From: Myxococcota bacterium
Lineage (GTDB): Bacteria; Myxococcota_A; UBA796; SXON01
Assembly: GCA_040386535.1 (NCBI GenBank)
Contig: JAZKFH010000038.1
Span: 1-59,090, forward strand
Direction: 5' to 3'
Length of the DNA stretch: 59,090 nt
Shown: piece by piece, positions 28,686 through 37,829 of the stretch
How the letters are laid out: the number at the start of each line of letters is the position of its first letter
How positions within the stretch are numbered: position 1 is the first letter of the stretch
Position numbers and translations under genes: made by a program
The notes under the pieces: generated by a model
Database searches by the model: none
What the model was told of the DNA's origin: nothing
Seen by the model: only the letters and a program-made list of their open reading frames with translations

Positions 28686-28744
28686 GGGGGAGGGCGCGGC
28701 GCCCTGCGGCCCGGGGCCCGGGGCCCCCTCGGCGGGCGCAGGAT

Positions 28745-31700
28745 TCAGGTCGACTCTTCGACCGCCCGGATGACCTTGACCACGCCGCCCTTCTGGGAGG
28801 TGACGGCGGGCTTCTGGGGGGCGGCCGCGGGCGCCGCGGCGGGAGAGGACGTGACCTGCGCCTTGGTGATGCCGACCGTGGTGCCCTTGACCCCGGCGGC
28901 GCCGCGCCCGATGGGGGCGGGCGGGGTCTTCGCCTTCGCGCCGGCCTTGGCCTTGGTGCCGGCCTTCGCGGTCGTCGGGGCCTTCGCCGTCGTCGAGGCC
29001 TTCGCGGTCGTCGCGGCCTTCGCCGTCGTCGGGGACGCGGTCGCGACCTTCGCCGTCGTCGCGGCCTTCGCCGTCGTCGCGGACGTGGTCGGGGCCTTCG
29101 CCTTCGCGGGCCCCTTCGCCGTCGTGGTCTCGCCGTCCTCGCTCGCGGCCTTGGCTACGGGCGCCCTGGCGCCGCGCGCGGGCTTGGCGCCGCGCTTGGG
29201 CTTGCTCGGGCCCGCCTCGCGGCGCTTCACGAGCAGCTCGGCCGCCTCGCCGGGGGTGAGGGAGTCCGGATCCACGCCGCGGGGGAGCGACGCGTTGGTG
29301 GTGCCATCGGTCACGTAGGGGCCGAAGCGGCCCTTCATCATGTTGATGACGCCGCCGGAGACCGGGTCGGGGCCGAGCACGCGGAGGGGCTCGATGGCGG
29401 CGCGGGCGCCAGCGCGGCGCGCGGGCTGGTCGAAGAGCTTGGAGGCTTCCGCGAGGCTGATGGCCAACACGGAGGTGCCGGGGGGCACCGAGCGGCTCTC
29501 CTTGCCGCGGCGCACGTAGGGGCCGTAGCGTCCGTTCGCCGCGGTGATCTCCTCGCCGGTGCCGACATCGGTGCCGACGACGCGGGGCAGCGAGAGGAGC
29601 TGGAGCGCCACGTCGAGCGTGAGGGTGGAGGCCTCCATGCCGGGCAGGAGCGAGGCCCGGTCGGGCTTCTCCTCGACCACCGGCTTCTTGCTCTTCTTCG
29701 GCTTGCCGGCGGCCGTGAGCGCCACGACCGGCTTGACCATCTCGCCGCGCTGCACGAAGGGCCCGAAGCGGCCGTTCATGAGCAGGATGGCGAGGCCCGA
29801 GGGGTCCTTGCCGAGCACGGTGGGGCCGGCCGCCTTGCGCTGGAGGCGCTCGAGCGCGTAGGCGAGGGTGACCTCGTCCGGGGCGACATCCTCGGGCAGA
29901 TCGGCGGTTGCCTCTCCGGCGGAGAGGAAGGGCCCGAACTTGCCGACGCGCACGGCTACGTCGACCCCGGCGTCATTCTTGCCGATGACGATGGTGCAGA
30001 CCTTGCGCGGATCCGCCGCCTGCTCGGCCTGGCCGAGGCGGGTCTGCAGCCCGAGGTCACCCAGGTAGAACTCGCGCAGCGTCTCGACCCAGTTCTTGTT
30101 GCCGAGGGCCACGCGATCGAGATCGTCCTCGATGCGGGCGGTGAACGTGTAGTCCACCAGCTCGGAGAGGTGCTGCTCCATCAGCTCGGTGACCGCGAAG
30201 GCCACGAACGTGGGGACCAGCGCGCCGCCGCGCTTGAACGCGTACTTCTCGAGGATCTTGTCGATGATCGAGGCGTAGGTGCTCGGCCGGCCGATGCCGC
30301 GGGCCTCGAGCTCCTTCACGAGCGTGGCCTCCGTGAGGCGGGCCGGGGGCTGGGTGGTGTGGCCCTTCGCGTCGAGCTTCTTCGTGTCGACCCGCTCGCC
30401 CTCGACCAGCGCGGGGAGCGGCCGCTCCTGGTCGGCGAGCTCGGCCTCGGGGTCGTCGCTGCCCTCGACGTAGGCGCGGCGGAAGCCGGGGAACTTGATG
30501 ACCTTGCCGTTGGCGACGAAGCGGGCGTCATCCACGGCGAGGATCACGCTGGTGAGGCTGCCGTGGGCGTCCGCCATCTGGCAGGCCACGGTGCGCTTCC
30601 AGATGAGCTCGTACAGGCGCGCCTCGCGCTCGCCGAGCTCCTTCTGCGCTTCCTCGACGTCGCGGAAGCTCTCGCCGGCGGGGCGGATGGCCTCGTGCGC
30701 CTCCTGCGCGTTCTTGACCTTGGTCTTGTAGACGCGCTTCTCGTCGGGCAGGTAGTCCTTGCCGAAGCGCTGCAGGATGAGGCCCCGGGCGGCGGTGACG
30801 GCCTGCTCGGAGAGCGTGAACGAGTCCGTACGCATGTAGGTGATCCAGCCGCTCTCGTAGAGGCGCTGGGCCACGTCCATCGTCTGCTTGGCGCTCCACC
30901 GGAACTTGCGGATCGCCTCCTGCTGCATCGTGCTGGTGGTGAAGGGCGGGTAGGGCTTCTCCTTCCACGGCTTCGCGTCGACCTTGTCGACCTTGCCGAC
31001 GCGGCCCTCGAGCCGCGCGACCAGGGCACGGGCGGCGGGCTCGTCGAGGAGCAGGACGTCCGGCTTGGCCAGCTTGCCGGTGGACTCGTCGAAGTCACGG
31101 CCCGTGGCGAGGCGCTTGCCGCCGACCTCGATGAGGCGGGCCCCCACGTTCGCTTCCTTGGCGGCGAAGCTCCCCTCGATGTCCCACCACGTGGCCGAGC
31201 GGAACGCGACGCGGGCGCGCTCGCGGTCGACGAGGAGGCGCACGGCGACGGACTGCACGCGGCCGGCGGAGAGGCCGCCACGGACCTTGTGCCAGAGCAG
31301 CGGGCTGACCTCGTAGCCGTACAGACGGTCGACGATGCGACGCGCCTCCTGGGCGTGCACGAGATCCTCGTCGATGTCGCGGGGCGAGGCGATCGCCTTG
31401 TTGATCGCGTCGAGCGTGATCTCGTGGAACACGAGGCGCTTGACCGGCACGCGCGGCTTGAGCACCTCGCGCAGGTGCCAGGAGATGCTCTCGCCCTCGC
31501 GATCCTCGTCTGTCGCGAGGTACACGATCGAGGCGTCCTTCACGAGCGCCTTGAGCGAGGCCACCTGCTCCTTGCGGTCGGCCGAGATGACGTAGAGCGG
31601 CTTGAAGTCCTCGTTGACCTTCACGCCGAGCTTCGTCCAGCCGTCCTTCTTGTGCTCCGGAGAGACGTCCGTGGCCTTCTCGGGCAGGTCACGCACGTGT

Positions 31701-31795
31701 CCCTTGCTCGCCTCGACCGTGTAGGCGGAGCCGAGGAACTTGGAGATGGTCCGCGCCTTGGCGGGGGACTCGACGATGACGAGCGGCTTCGGCAT
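28745..31795 (-). CDS. topA: DNA topoisomerase I with C-terminal repeats and a Lys/Ala/Thr-rich tail
   Basis: IVESPAK, ATDEDREGE, SAGRVQS, ITYMRTD; four G(R/K)(F/Y)GP(F/Y) repeats. Confidence 0.96.
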   Translation of the reverse strand: MPKPLVIVESPAKARTISKFLGSAYTVEASKGHVRDLPEKATDVSPEHKKDGWTKLGVKVNEDFKPLYVISADRKEQVASLKALVKDASIVYLATDEDREGESISWHLREVLKPRVPVKRLVFHEITLDAINKAIASPRDIDEDLVHAQEARRIVDRLYGYEVSPLLWHKVRGGLSAGRVQSVAVRLLVDRERARVAFRSATWWDIEGSFAAKEANVGARLIEVGGKRLATGRDFDESTGKLAKPDVLLLDEPAARALVARLEGRVGKVDKVDAKPWKEKPYPPFTTSTMQQEAIRKFRWSAKQTMDVAQRLYESGWITYMRTDSFTLSEQAVTAARGLILQRFGKDYLPDEKRVYKTKVKNAQEAHEAIRPAGESFRDVEEAQKELGEREARLYELIWKRTVACQMADAHGSLTSVILAVDDARFVANGKVIKFPGFRRAYVEGSDDPEAELADQERPLPALVEGERVDTKKLDAKGHTTQPPARLTEATLVKELEARGIGRPSTYASIIDKILEKYAFKRGGALVPTFVAFAVTELMEQHLSELVDYTFTARIEDDLDRVALGNKNWVETLREFYLGDLGLQTRLGQAEQAADPRKVCTIVIGKNDAGVDVAVRVGKFGPFLSAGEATADLPEDVAPDEVTLAYALERLQRKAAGPTVLGKDPSGLAILLMNGRFGPFVQRGEMVKPVVALTAAGKPKKSKKPVVEEKPDRASLLPGMEASTLTLDVALQLLSLPRVVGTDVGTGEEITAANGRYGPYVRRGKESRSVPPGTSVLAISLAEASKLFDQPARRAGARAAIEPLRVLGPDPVSGGVINMMKGRFGPYVTDGTTNASLPRGVDPDSLTPGEAAELLVKRREAGPSKPKRGAKPARGARAPVAKAASEDGETTTAKGPAKAKAPTTSATTAKAATTAKVATASPTTAKAATTAKASTTAKAPTTAKAGTKAKAGAKAKTPPAPIGRGAAGVKGTTVGITKAQVTSSPAAAPAAAPQKPAVTSQKGGVVKVIRAVEEST

Positions 31796-31894
31796 GTACC
31801 TTCGACCTTCCCGGGTCGGCCTGACTACACCGGGTACCCGCGGTCTCGCAAGCGGTGCGGCGCCGGATCACAGCGAAGGCTACAAGATCGCACG

Positions 31895-32776
31895 ATGGAC
31901 CATGTCGGACCTTTTCTCGCCTTTCTTCGTGCTGAACGCGGCGCGTCGGCGCACACCTTGCGCGCGTACGGACGCGAGGTCACGACGCTCGCGGATCGGC
32001 TCGCGCCTCGCCCCTTAGAGTCGGCCTTGCTGGCTGATCTTCGCGCCCATCTCGCCCAGGGCGCGTCGGCCCCGGCGAGCCTTCAACAACGGATCGGCGC
32101 AATCCGCACCTTCTATCGGTGGCTGGTGCGAGAAGGCGTGCTCGTCGAGAGCCCGGCCGACCGGCTGACCTCGCCGAAGGTCAAGCGGCCGCTCCCCCGC
32201 GTCCTCGAGGTGGACGAGGCCACGGCGCTCGTCGAGGAGCCCAGCGGCGAAGGCTGGCGCCGCGTCCGCAACGTCGCGCTGCTCGAAGTGGCCTACGGCG
32301 CGGGCCTGCGCGTCTCCGAGGTCGCCGCGCTCGACGTGGCCGATGTCGCGCTGGATCGCGGGCTGGTGCGCGTGAACGCCGGCAAGGGGCGCAAGGCCCG
32401 CGTGGTCCCCATCGGCCCCCCCGCCATCGACGCCGTGCGCGCCTGGCTCGCGGAGGGCCGCATGGTCGACGGGCCCCTGTTCCGCAACGTCCAGGGCGGC
32501 CGCCTCACGACGCGTGGCATCTACGACGTCGTGCGCGCCTCGGGCGTGAAGAACGACCTGGCGGGGATGCACCCGCACGCCATGCGCCACTCGATGGCGA
32601 CGCACCTGCTCGCCGGCGGCGCCGACATCCGCTCCATCCAGGAGATGCTCGGGCACGCCTCGCTCTCGACCACGCAGCGGTACACGCAGGTGGAGCTCGA
32701 CGCGCTCCGTGTGGCGCATCGCAAGGCGCATCCGCGGGCGCGGCGGGCGCGGGGGGCGGCGGAGGAGGCGGGGTGA
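31895..32776 (+). CDS. xerC: XerC/XerD-type tyrosine recombinase
   Basis: GLRVSE, GKGRK, HAMRHS, QEMLGH and TTQRY catalytic motifs; adjacent to topA. Confidence 0.85.
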   Translation: MDHVGPFLAFLRAERGASAHTLRAYGREVTTLADRLAPRPLESALLADLRAHLAQGASAPASLQQRIGAIRTFYRWLVREGVLVESPADRLTSPKVKRPLPRVLEVDEATALVEEPSGEGWRRVRNVALLEVAYGAGLRVSEVAALDVADVALDRGLVRVNAGKGRKARVVPIGPPAIDAVRAWLAEGRMVDGPLFRNVQGGRLTTRGIYDVVRASGVKNDLAGMHPHAMRHSMATHLLAGGADIRSIQEMLGHASLSTTQRYTQVELDALRVAHRKAHPRARRARGAAEEAG

Positions 32777-32784
32777 TCGGGCAC

Positions 32785-33006
32785 GCGGCGCAGGGGGGCT
32801 GGAGGGGGGCGCGGGCGGCGTGGGAGCCCTGGCCGAAGGCGCGCGGCGCAGGGGGGCTGGAGGGGGGCGCGGGCGGCGTGGAAGCCCTGGCCGAAGGCGC
32901 GCCGGTGTGTGCGGCCCGCGCCCGTCGGGCCGCCCGCGGCGGACCGACGGAGGGCTCCGCCCGACCCCGCAAGCGACCCGACCCGGCGTCCGCGCCGGGG
33001 GCGCCC
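32785..33006 (-). repeat. Dispersed structured element, copy E, with its 58-bp left end duplicated
   Basis: caggggggctggaggggggcgcgggc at 32791 and 32849; acggagggctccgcccgaccccgcaagcgacccga aligns with copies F and G. Confidence 0.75.
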
Positions 33007-33177
33007 CCTCGGGCGGTGGGGATCTGGCCCCTCTGTTGCGCGCCTCGGGGCCAGCGTCGGGCACATCGTCGTATCGCGGAGAAGCGCCCTCGCCCGGGGG
33101 CCGTCGCGCCGACCGCGGCCACCGGAACGTGGCGGATCCGGAACGTGGTCGGTTAGAGGCACCTCGGAGGGAATCGC

Positions 33178-34218
33178 GTGGCTCAGCGGCGGCCGTTGAC
33201 CGAGGAGGAGACCGGCCGCATCGATGCGATGGCGTCGGCGCGCGAGGGCACGTTGTACGACACGCTCGGGCTCCAGCCCGCCGCGACCGCCATCGAGATC
33301 GAGGACGCGTACCACGACCTGGCCCGCCAGTGGCACCCGGACCGGTTCTACAGCCGCGACAGCGGCGACCGCGGCCCCGTAATCGAGGAGAACTTCGTCG
33401 CCGCGACGCGGGCCTACCGCATCCTCCGGGACCCGATCAAGCGCCAGGGCTATCATCGCGAGGCGGGCATCGACCCGAAGGCCGCCCCGGTCGCGCCGCC
33501 CCGCGAGGCCCCTCCCCCGCCCCCGCCCCGCCGTACCCAGCTCGCCCCGCTCGGCAGCGGCGGCGTGAGCGCGGGCGACACGTCTCCCGGCGGCACCCGC
33601 GTCTACGAGACCGGCATCGGGCGCGCGCCGCTCGTCCCGCCGCCCCCGCCGAAACCGAAGCCGCCGACCGCGGTCGACAAGATCCGGCAACACATCGGCG
33701 AGCAGCAGGTCCGGGCGCGCTCCTACTACGACGCGGGCAAGGCCGACTTCGACGCCGGGCGCTTCGCCAAGGCCGAGAGCGCCTTTTACCTCGCGATGAA
33801 GTTCGACCCCCAGAACCCCACCTACGCCCCCCTCTACGAGCAGGCGGCGGGGCGGGCCCGGGAGGGGCGCGCCAAGGGCTTCATCGCGCAGGCCGAGCAG
33901 GAGGAGTCCTACGGCCGCACGAAGGAGGCCATCGGCTGGTACCAGAAGGCGGTCGAGTGTGACCCGCCCGAGGGCCTCGCGTACTTCCGCCTCGCGCACA
34001 TGTTGCGGACGCAGGAGCAGGACTCCCGCGGCGCGGTCGCGAACCTGCGCAAGGCGGTCGCCAAGGAGCCGCGCAACATCCCCTACCGGCTCGCCCTCGC
34101 CGACCTGTACGAGTCCCTCAAGATGACCGCCCTCGCGGTGCGCGAGGCCCAAGCGGCGCTCGAGGTGGACCCGAAGTCGGTGGCGGCCAAGGCGATGCTC
34201 AAGCGGTTGCGGAAGTAG
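33178..34218 (+). CDS. J-domain (DnaJ) and TPR protein
   Basis: YDTLGL...AY..LA..WHPD, Pro-rich linker, TPR helices. Confidence 0.9.
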   Translation: MAQRRPLTEEETGRIDAMASAREGTLYDTLGLQPAATAIEIEDAYHDLARQWHPDRFYSRDSGDRGPVIEENFVAATRAYRILRDPIKRQGYHREAGIDPKAAPVAPPREAPPPPPPRRTQLAPLGSGGVSAGDTSPGGTRVYETGIGRAPLVPPPPPKPKPPTAVDKIRQHIGEQQVRARSYYDAGKADFDAGRFAKAESAFYLAMKFDPQNPTYAPLYEQAAGRAREGRAKGFIAQAEQEESYGRTKEAIGWYQKAVECDPPEGLAYFRLAHMLRTQEQDSRGAVANLRKAVAKEPRNIPYRLALADLYESLKMTALAVREAQAALEVDPKSVAAKAMLKRLRK

Positions 34219-34256
34219 GAGCTCGGGTTCTTGGGGCGGGGCCCGCGCCCCGCAAC

Positions 34257-34448
34257 GAGCCTGTGAAGCAATCCCCCCTTGGGGAGTCTGGGGAGAAACC
34301 GGAGAGCCCGACGGGGGCGGCTTCCGGCGCAGTGCGGCCCGGGTGGCCCGGTGGGGCCCCCTTGGGGGGGACCGGGACGGGGCCCGGGGCGCGGTTCTCT
34401 GCGCCGGGAGCCGTGCCCGGCGGGACGGGGGGATTACTTCACAGGCTC
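34257..34448. mobile_element. 192-bp MITE with 22-bp terminal inverted repeats and an apparent 3-bp target duplication
   Basis: GAGCCTGTGAAGCAATCCCCCC (34257-34278) and GGGGGGATTACTTCACAGGCTC (34427-34448), one mismatch; AAC flanks both ends. Confidence 0.8.
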
Positions 34449-34500
34449 AACGCCCCCGCCAGGGGGCCGGGCCCGCTGGACCCCCGAAGCAAGCGTGGCA

Positions 34501-35574
34501 ATGACACGCGCGCCCCGCCGCGTCCTCGCCGCCACGTTGGGCCTCCTCGCCGCGCTCGCCGTGGTCGAGGTGGGGGTGCGCGTGATCGCCCCCCAGGGCG
34601 TCGGCGCCTTCGACGGCGGCCTGCTCCGTGGCCCGCTGACCACCCCCGGCGACCACCCCGTGCGTGGCGCCGAGTACGCCGTCACCGTGCACGTGAACGC
34701 CGCCGGCTTCGTCGATCGGGAGTGGCCGGCGCCCGGCGCGGGGCGAGAGGTCGTCGTCATCGGTGATTCGTTCGTTCAGGCCGCCCAGGTCGCGCCGGGC
34801 GAGGGCTTCGGCGCGCGGCTGGAAGCGGGTCTGCGCGCCCAGAACGTCGACGTCGACGTGCTCTCCATGGGGGTCCCCGGCGCCGGTACCGCCACCGCGC
34901 TCGGCGTGTTGCGCGAATACGCGTTGCCCCGGAAGCCCGCCCTCGTCGTGCTCGGCTTTCTCGTGAGCAACGACGTACTCAACAACCACCCCCTGCTCGA
35001 GGGCAAGGACGACAAGCCCTTCTACACCCTCCGGAACGGCGTCCTGCAGCCGGTCGTGGCGATGGATCTGGTGGTCCCGTCTCCCTTGTGGCGCTGGAGC
35101 GCGGCGTGGCGGTGGTTCGCGCGCCAGGAGGCGGCCCGCGCGGTGGCCGACCGCAAGCTCACCCTCGGCCAGGGCGCGCCGCTCGATCTGCGCGTGCATG
35201 ACCCCGCCTGTGTCAACGGGGGTGGCACGGCACCCAACTGTGGCACCTGGGACGAGGCGTGGGCGGTCACCGACGCGCTGCTCGCGGAGATGGCGCGCGC
35301 GTGTGGGGACATCCCGTTCGTGGTGGTGCTGTTCCCCGATCGCACCCAGGTCGAGCGGCGCACCGAGTGGTCCGCCGCCCGCGCCTGGGACTTCGACGCC
35401 GCCCAACGCCGCGCCGCCACTGTCGCCGGTCAGCACGCACCGGTGCTCGACCTGTCGCCGGGCCTGCGCGCGGACGGTGGCGCGCTCTACCTCCCCAGGG
35501 ACGGGCACTGGACCCCGCGCGGGCACGCGGCGGCGGCGGCGCTCACGGTGCCGTTCGTCGCGGAGCGCTTGTAG
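34501..35574 (+). CDS. SGNH/GDSL hydrolase (AlgX-like)
   Basis: N-terminal TM, IGDSF, GVPG, SND and DGHW motifs. Confidence 0.85.
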   Translation: MTRAPRRVLAATLGLLAALAVVEVGVRVIAPQGVGAFDGGLLRGPLTTPGDHPVRGAEYAVTVHVNAAGFVDREWPAPGAGREVVVIGDSFVQAAQVAPGEGFGARLEAGLRAQNVDVDVLSMGVPGAGTATALGVLREYALPRKPALVVLGFLVSNDVLNNHPLLEGKDDKPFYTLRNGVLQPVVAMDLVVPSPLWRWSAAWRWFARQEAARAVADRKLTLGQGAPLDLRVHDPACVNGGGTAPNCGTWDEAWAVTDALLAEMARACGDIPFVVVLFPDRTQVERRTEWSAARAWDFDAAQRRAATVAGQHAPVLDLSPGLRADGGALYLPRDGHWTPRGHAAAAALTVPFVAERL

Positions 35575-35638
35575 GGATCGGGCGGAAGCTCGGATGTGCT
35601 ACCATCGACGTACTCTTTCGATCCGGCAGGTACCGACG

Positions 35639-35938
35639 ATGTTCTGGCTCTTGTTGATCTCCGCCTCCATCGGCGCAGCCGTTTACCACGGGCTGTATCG
35701 GAAGCCGCTCAGCACGGGGGACAAGGAGAAGGGCGCCACCCTCGGCCGGGCGATCCACAATTCGGTCTCGGTCCAGTTCGGCGAGTCGTTGGCGGGCCAG
35801 CGGTCGTGGGAGTTCGGGCCGCCGCCGCCGCTTGCGACGTACGAGCCGGAGGGGCACACGGTGTCGGTGCTGTCGGAGGACCCCGTCCCTCCCGACGATC
35901 CCCCCGTTCCGGCGGATGGGACGCCGCCGACGGTGTAG
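35639..35938 (+). CDS. Small membrane-anchored hypothetical protein
   Basis: N-terminal TM (MFWLLLISASIGAAVY), Pro-rich tail. Confidence 0.45.
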   Translation: MFWLLLISASIGAAVYHGLYRKPLSTGDKEKGATLGRAIHNSVSVQFGESLAGQRSWEFGPPPPLATYEPEGHTVSVLSEDPVPPDDPPVPADGTPPTV

Positions 35939-36339
35939 GCAGCGATACGCCGCGAGTCAAGGTGTGGAGCCTGTCGTGGACGATCCTGCAGCGGGACACC
36001 GGCTGGTCGTGGCGGACATCGTCGGTTCGCGGCGCCTCGGTGCCGGGCTGGTTGCGCGTCAGCTCGTCGGGGAGCGCTGGGCCTCGACACTCCTCGCGCT
36101 CGTCGTCGGCGCGGTGGCGCTCGTGGCAACCCTGGGAGACGACTCAAGGCCCTGACGTTGATTCGCGGCGACTCAAGGCCCTGGCCCTGCCAAACGGCCA
36201 CCGCGTCCGGCCCGCCCGCCGCACCGCGGCGCCCGGAGCACTACGCGCGGAGTGCGGACGCCACCGTCCGGCGGAGGGAGAAACCGCCAAGGCGCCAAGT
36301 CGCCAAGGGAGACAGGGGGCTCATGATTTCGCCAGCCCC

Positions 36340-36510
36340 CAGGGGTGGCTTCGGCGGCCGGGAGGCGGCCACGGAGGGGGTACCTGCTCGTCAGGGGTGG
36401 CTTCGGCGGCCGGGAGGCGGCCACGGAGGGAGTACCTGCTCGTCAGGGGTGGCCTCGGTGGCCGCCACGGAGGGGGTACCTGCTCGTCAGGGGTGGCCTC
36501 GGTGGCCGCG
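36340..36510. repeat. Tandem repeat, 52/44-bp unit, ~3.5 copies
   Basis: caggggtggc...ggagggggtacctgctcgt at 36340, 36392, 36444 and 36488. Confidence 0.9.
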
Positions 36511-36522
36511 AGGGCGTGAGGA

Positions 36523-36838
36523 GGTGGCATTCCTGGCCGGTTTCGAGGGGTTTCTCGGCGCCCCGCCGACGCAGGCGCGGAAACTATCGGCGTTGCTCCA
36601 TTTGTGGTGTGCGCTCGGGCGCCTCGGCGGCGCCCAGACCGGCCAAGAGTAGGGGGCCCTGCCGCCAGGGGGTGGCATTCTTGGCCGGTTTCGAGGGGCT
36701 TCTCGGCGCCCCGCCGACGCAGGCGCGGAAACTATCGGCGTTGCTCCGTTGGCGGTGTGGGGCCGGGCGCCTCGGCGGGGCCCAGACCGGCCAAGAGTAG
36801 GGGGCCTTGTCGGCAGGGGGTGGCACTCTTGGCCGGTC
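36523..36838. repeat. Tandem 148-bp unit (two copies plus a partial) built on alternating inverted 14-bp motifs
   Basis: Units start at 36523, 36671 and 36819; gaccggccaagagt is the exact reverse complement of actcttggccggtc (36825). Confidence 0.9.
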
Positions 36839-36854
36839 CGCGCGGTGGGGCCCC

Positions 36855-37018
36855 GGCGCCAGTCGCGGGCGCCCGCGTGAGCTCCCCGCGGCGCGGTCCG
36901 GGCGCCAGTCGCGGGCGCCCGCGTGAACTCCGCGCGGCGCGGTCCCGGCGCCAGTCACGGGCGCCCCGTGAGGTCCGTGCGGAGCGGCCCCGGCGCCAGC
37001 CGTGGGCGCCGCGTGAGG
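36855..37018. repeat. Tandem repeat, 45-46-bp hairpin unit, 4 copies
   Basis: ggcgcc-agtcgcg-ggcgcc type hairpin at 36855, 36901, 36947 and 36992. Confidence 0.85.
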
Positions 37019-37020
37019 GG

Positions 37021-37162
37021 CCCGGCGGGCGGCCGCGCGGGCGCGGCCGGTTCGGCACCCGACGGCGCGGGAGCGCTGGCGCCGTGCCAACGGAGGCCTT
37101 CGGCCGACCCCGCGAGGGGCCCGACCCCCGCCGACGCTCCGGCGGCGGCGGGGGGCACGCCC
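37021..37162 (-). repeat. Dispersed structured element, copy G
   Basis: ggcac...gtgcc-aacgga-ggccttcggcc-gaccccgcgaggggcccga-hairpin; 18 bp from the stop at 37181. Confidence 0.75.
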
Positions 37163-37180
37163 GGAACTCGGACAGCGCTA

Positions 37181-37774
37181 TCAGCCCGCCACGCCCTCCA
37201 ACCAACAGACCTTCCCCGCCCGCCCCACCATGCGCAACGCCCCGGTTGCCACGATCTCTGCCACGAAACGTGCCACGTCGGAAAAGTCACAGTCGTCGAA
37301 CGCCACGCGGGCGCCGGGCGCGAGGTGGGGCGCCCATGCGAGGAAATCGTTCCGGACGGCATCGTAGCGATGGTCGCCGTCGATGAACAGGAGCCCGACG
37401 GGCGGGCCCTGCCACCCCGCCGCCACGGCTTGGGAGCCGAGGCACACCACGGACACCTGCGCGCCGACGCCCGCGCGTGTCAGGTTCGAGTACAGGTGCG
37501 CCTGGTCCTCGTGGCCGAACCGCCCACCGCGCGGCCCCACGAACGGCAGGTGCGGGTCGACGCTCACGACCTGCCCGCCGGCCCCGCGCGCCGCGCCCAA
37601 CGCGAGCGCCACGGTCGACCGGCCGCGGTAGTTGCCGATCTCGACGGTCACGGCTCCCGCGGGCACCTCGGCCGCGAGCGCCATCAACAACGCAGCCTCC
37701 TCGCGCGCGAGCCAGCCCTCGACGGTCTCGACGAGATCGAGCGCGGCGGCGTCCGGGAGGGGGGCGAGCGACAT
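37181..37774 (-). CDS. Class I SAM methyltransferase (Methyltransf_24-like)
   Basis: VEGWL...EA, VEIGNYRGRST, LFIDGDHRY and AFDD motifs. Confidence 0.88.
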   Translation of the reverse strand: MSLAPLPDAAALDLVETVEGWLAREEAALLMALAAEVPAGAVTVEIGNYRGRSTVALALGAARGAGGQVVSVDPHLPFVGPRGGRFGHEDQAHLYSNLTRAGVGAQVSVVCLGSQAVAAGWQGPPVGLLFIDGDHRYDAVRNDFLAWAPHLAPGARVAFDDCDFSDVARFVAEIVATGALRMVGRAGKVCWLEGVAG

Positions 37775-37829
37775 GCGGGCTCCGGGTGGGCCGTTCATAG
37801 CCCACGCGCGCGGCCGCCGGGGGCGGCGC

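Noticed and set aside
21755..32776. Integrative element or prophage between the tRNAs and the tyrosine recombinase
   Set aside because: The recombinase is XerC-like beside topA, the intervening genes include core functions, and no duplicated tRNA 3' end or phage genes were seen.
35832..36201. Small overlapping ORFs
   Set aside because: Competing frames with no clear start signal or domain.
36340..37018. Possible CRISPR array
   Set aside because: The intervening sequences are repeated rather than unique; no cas genes or leader.
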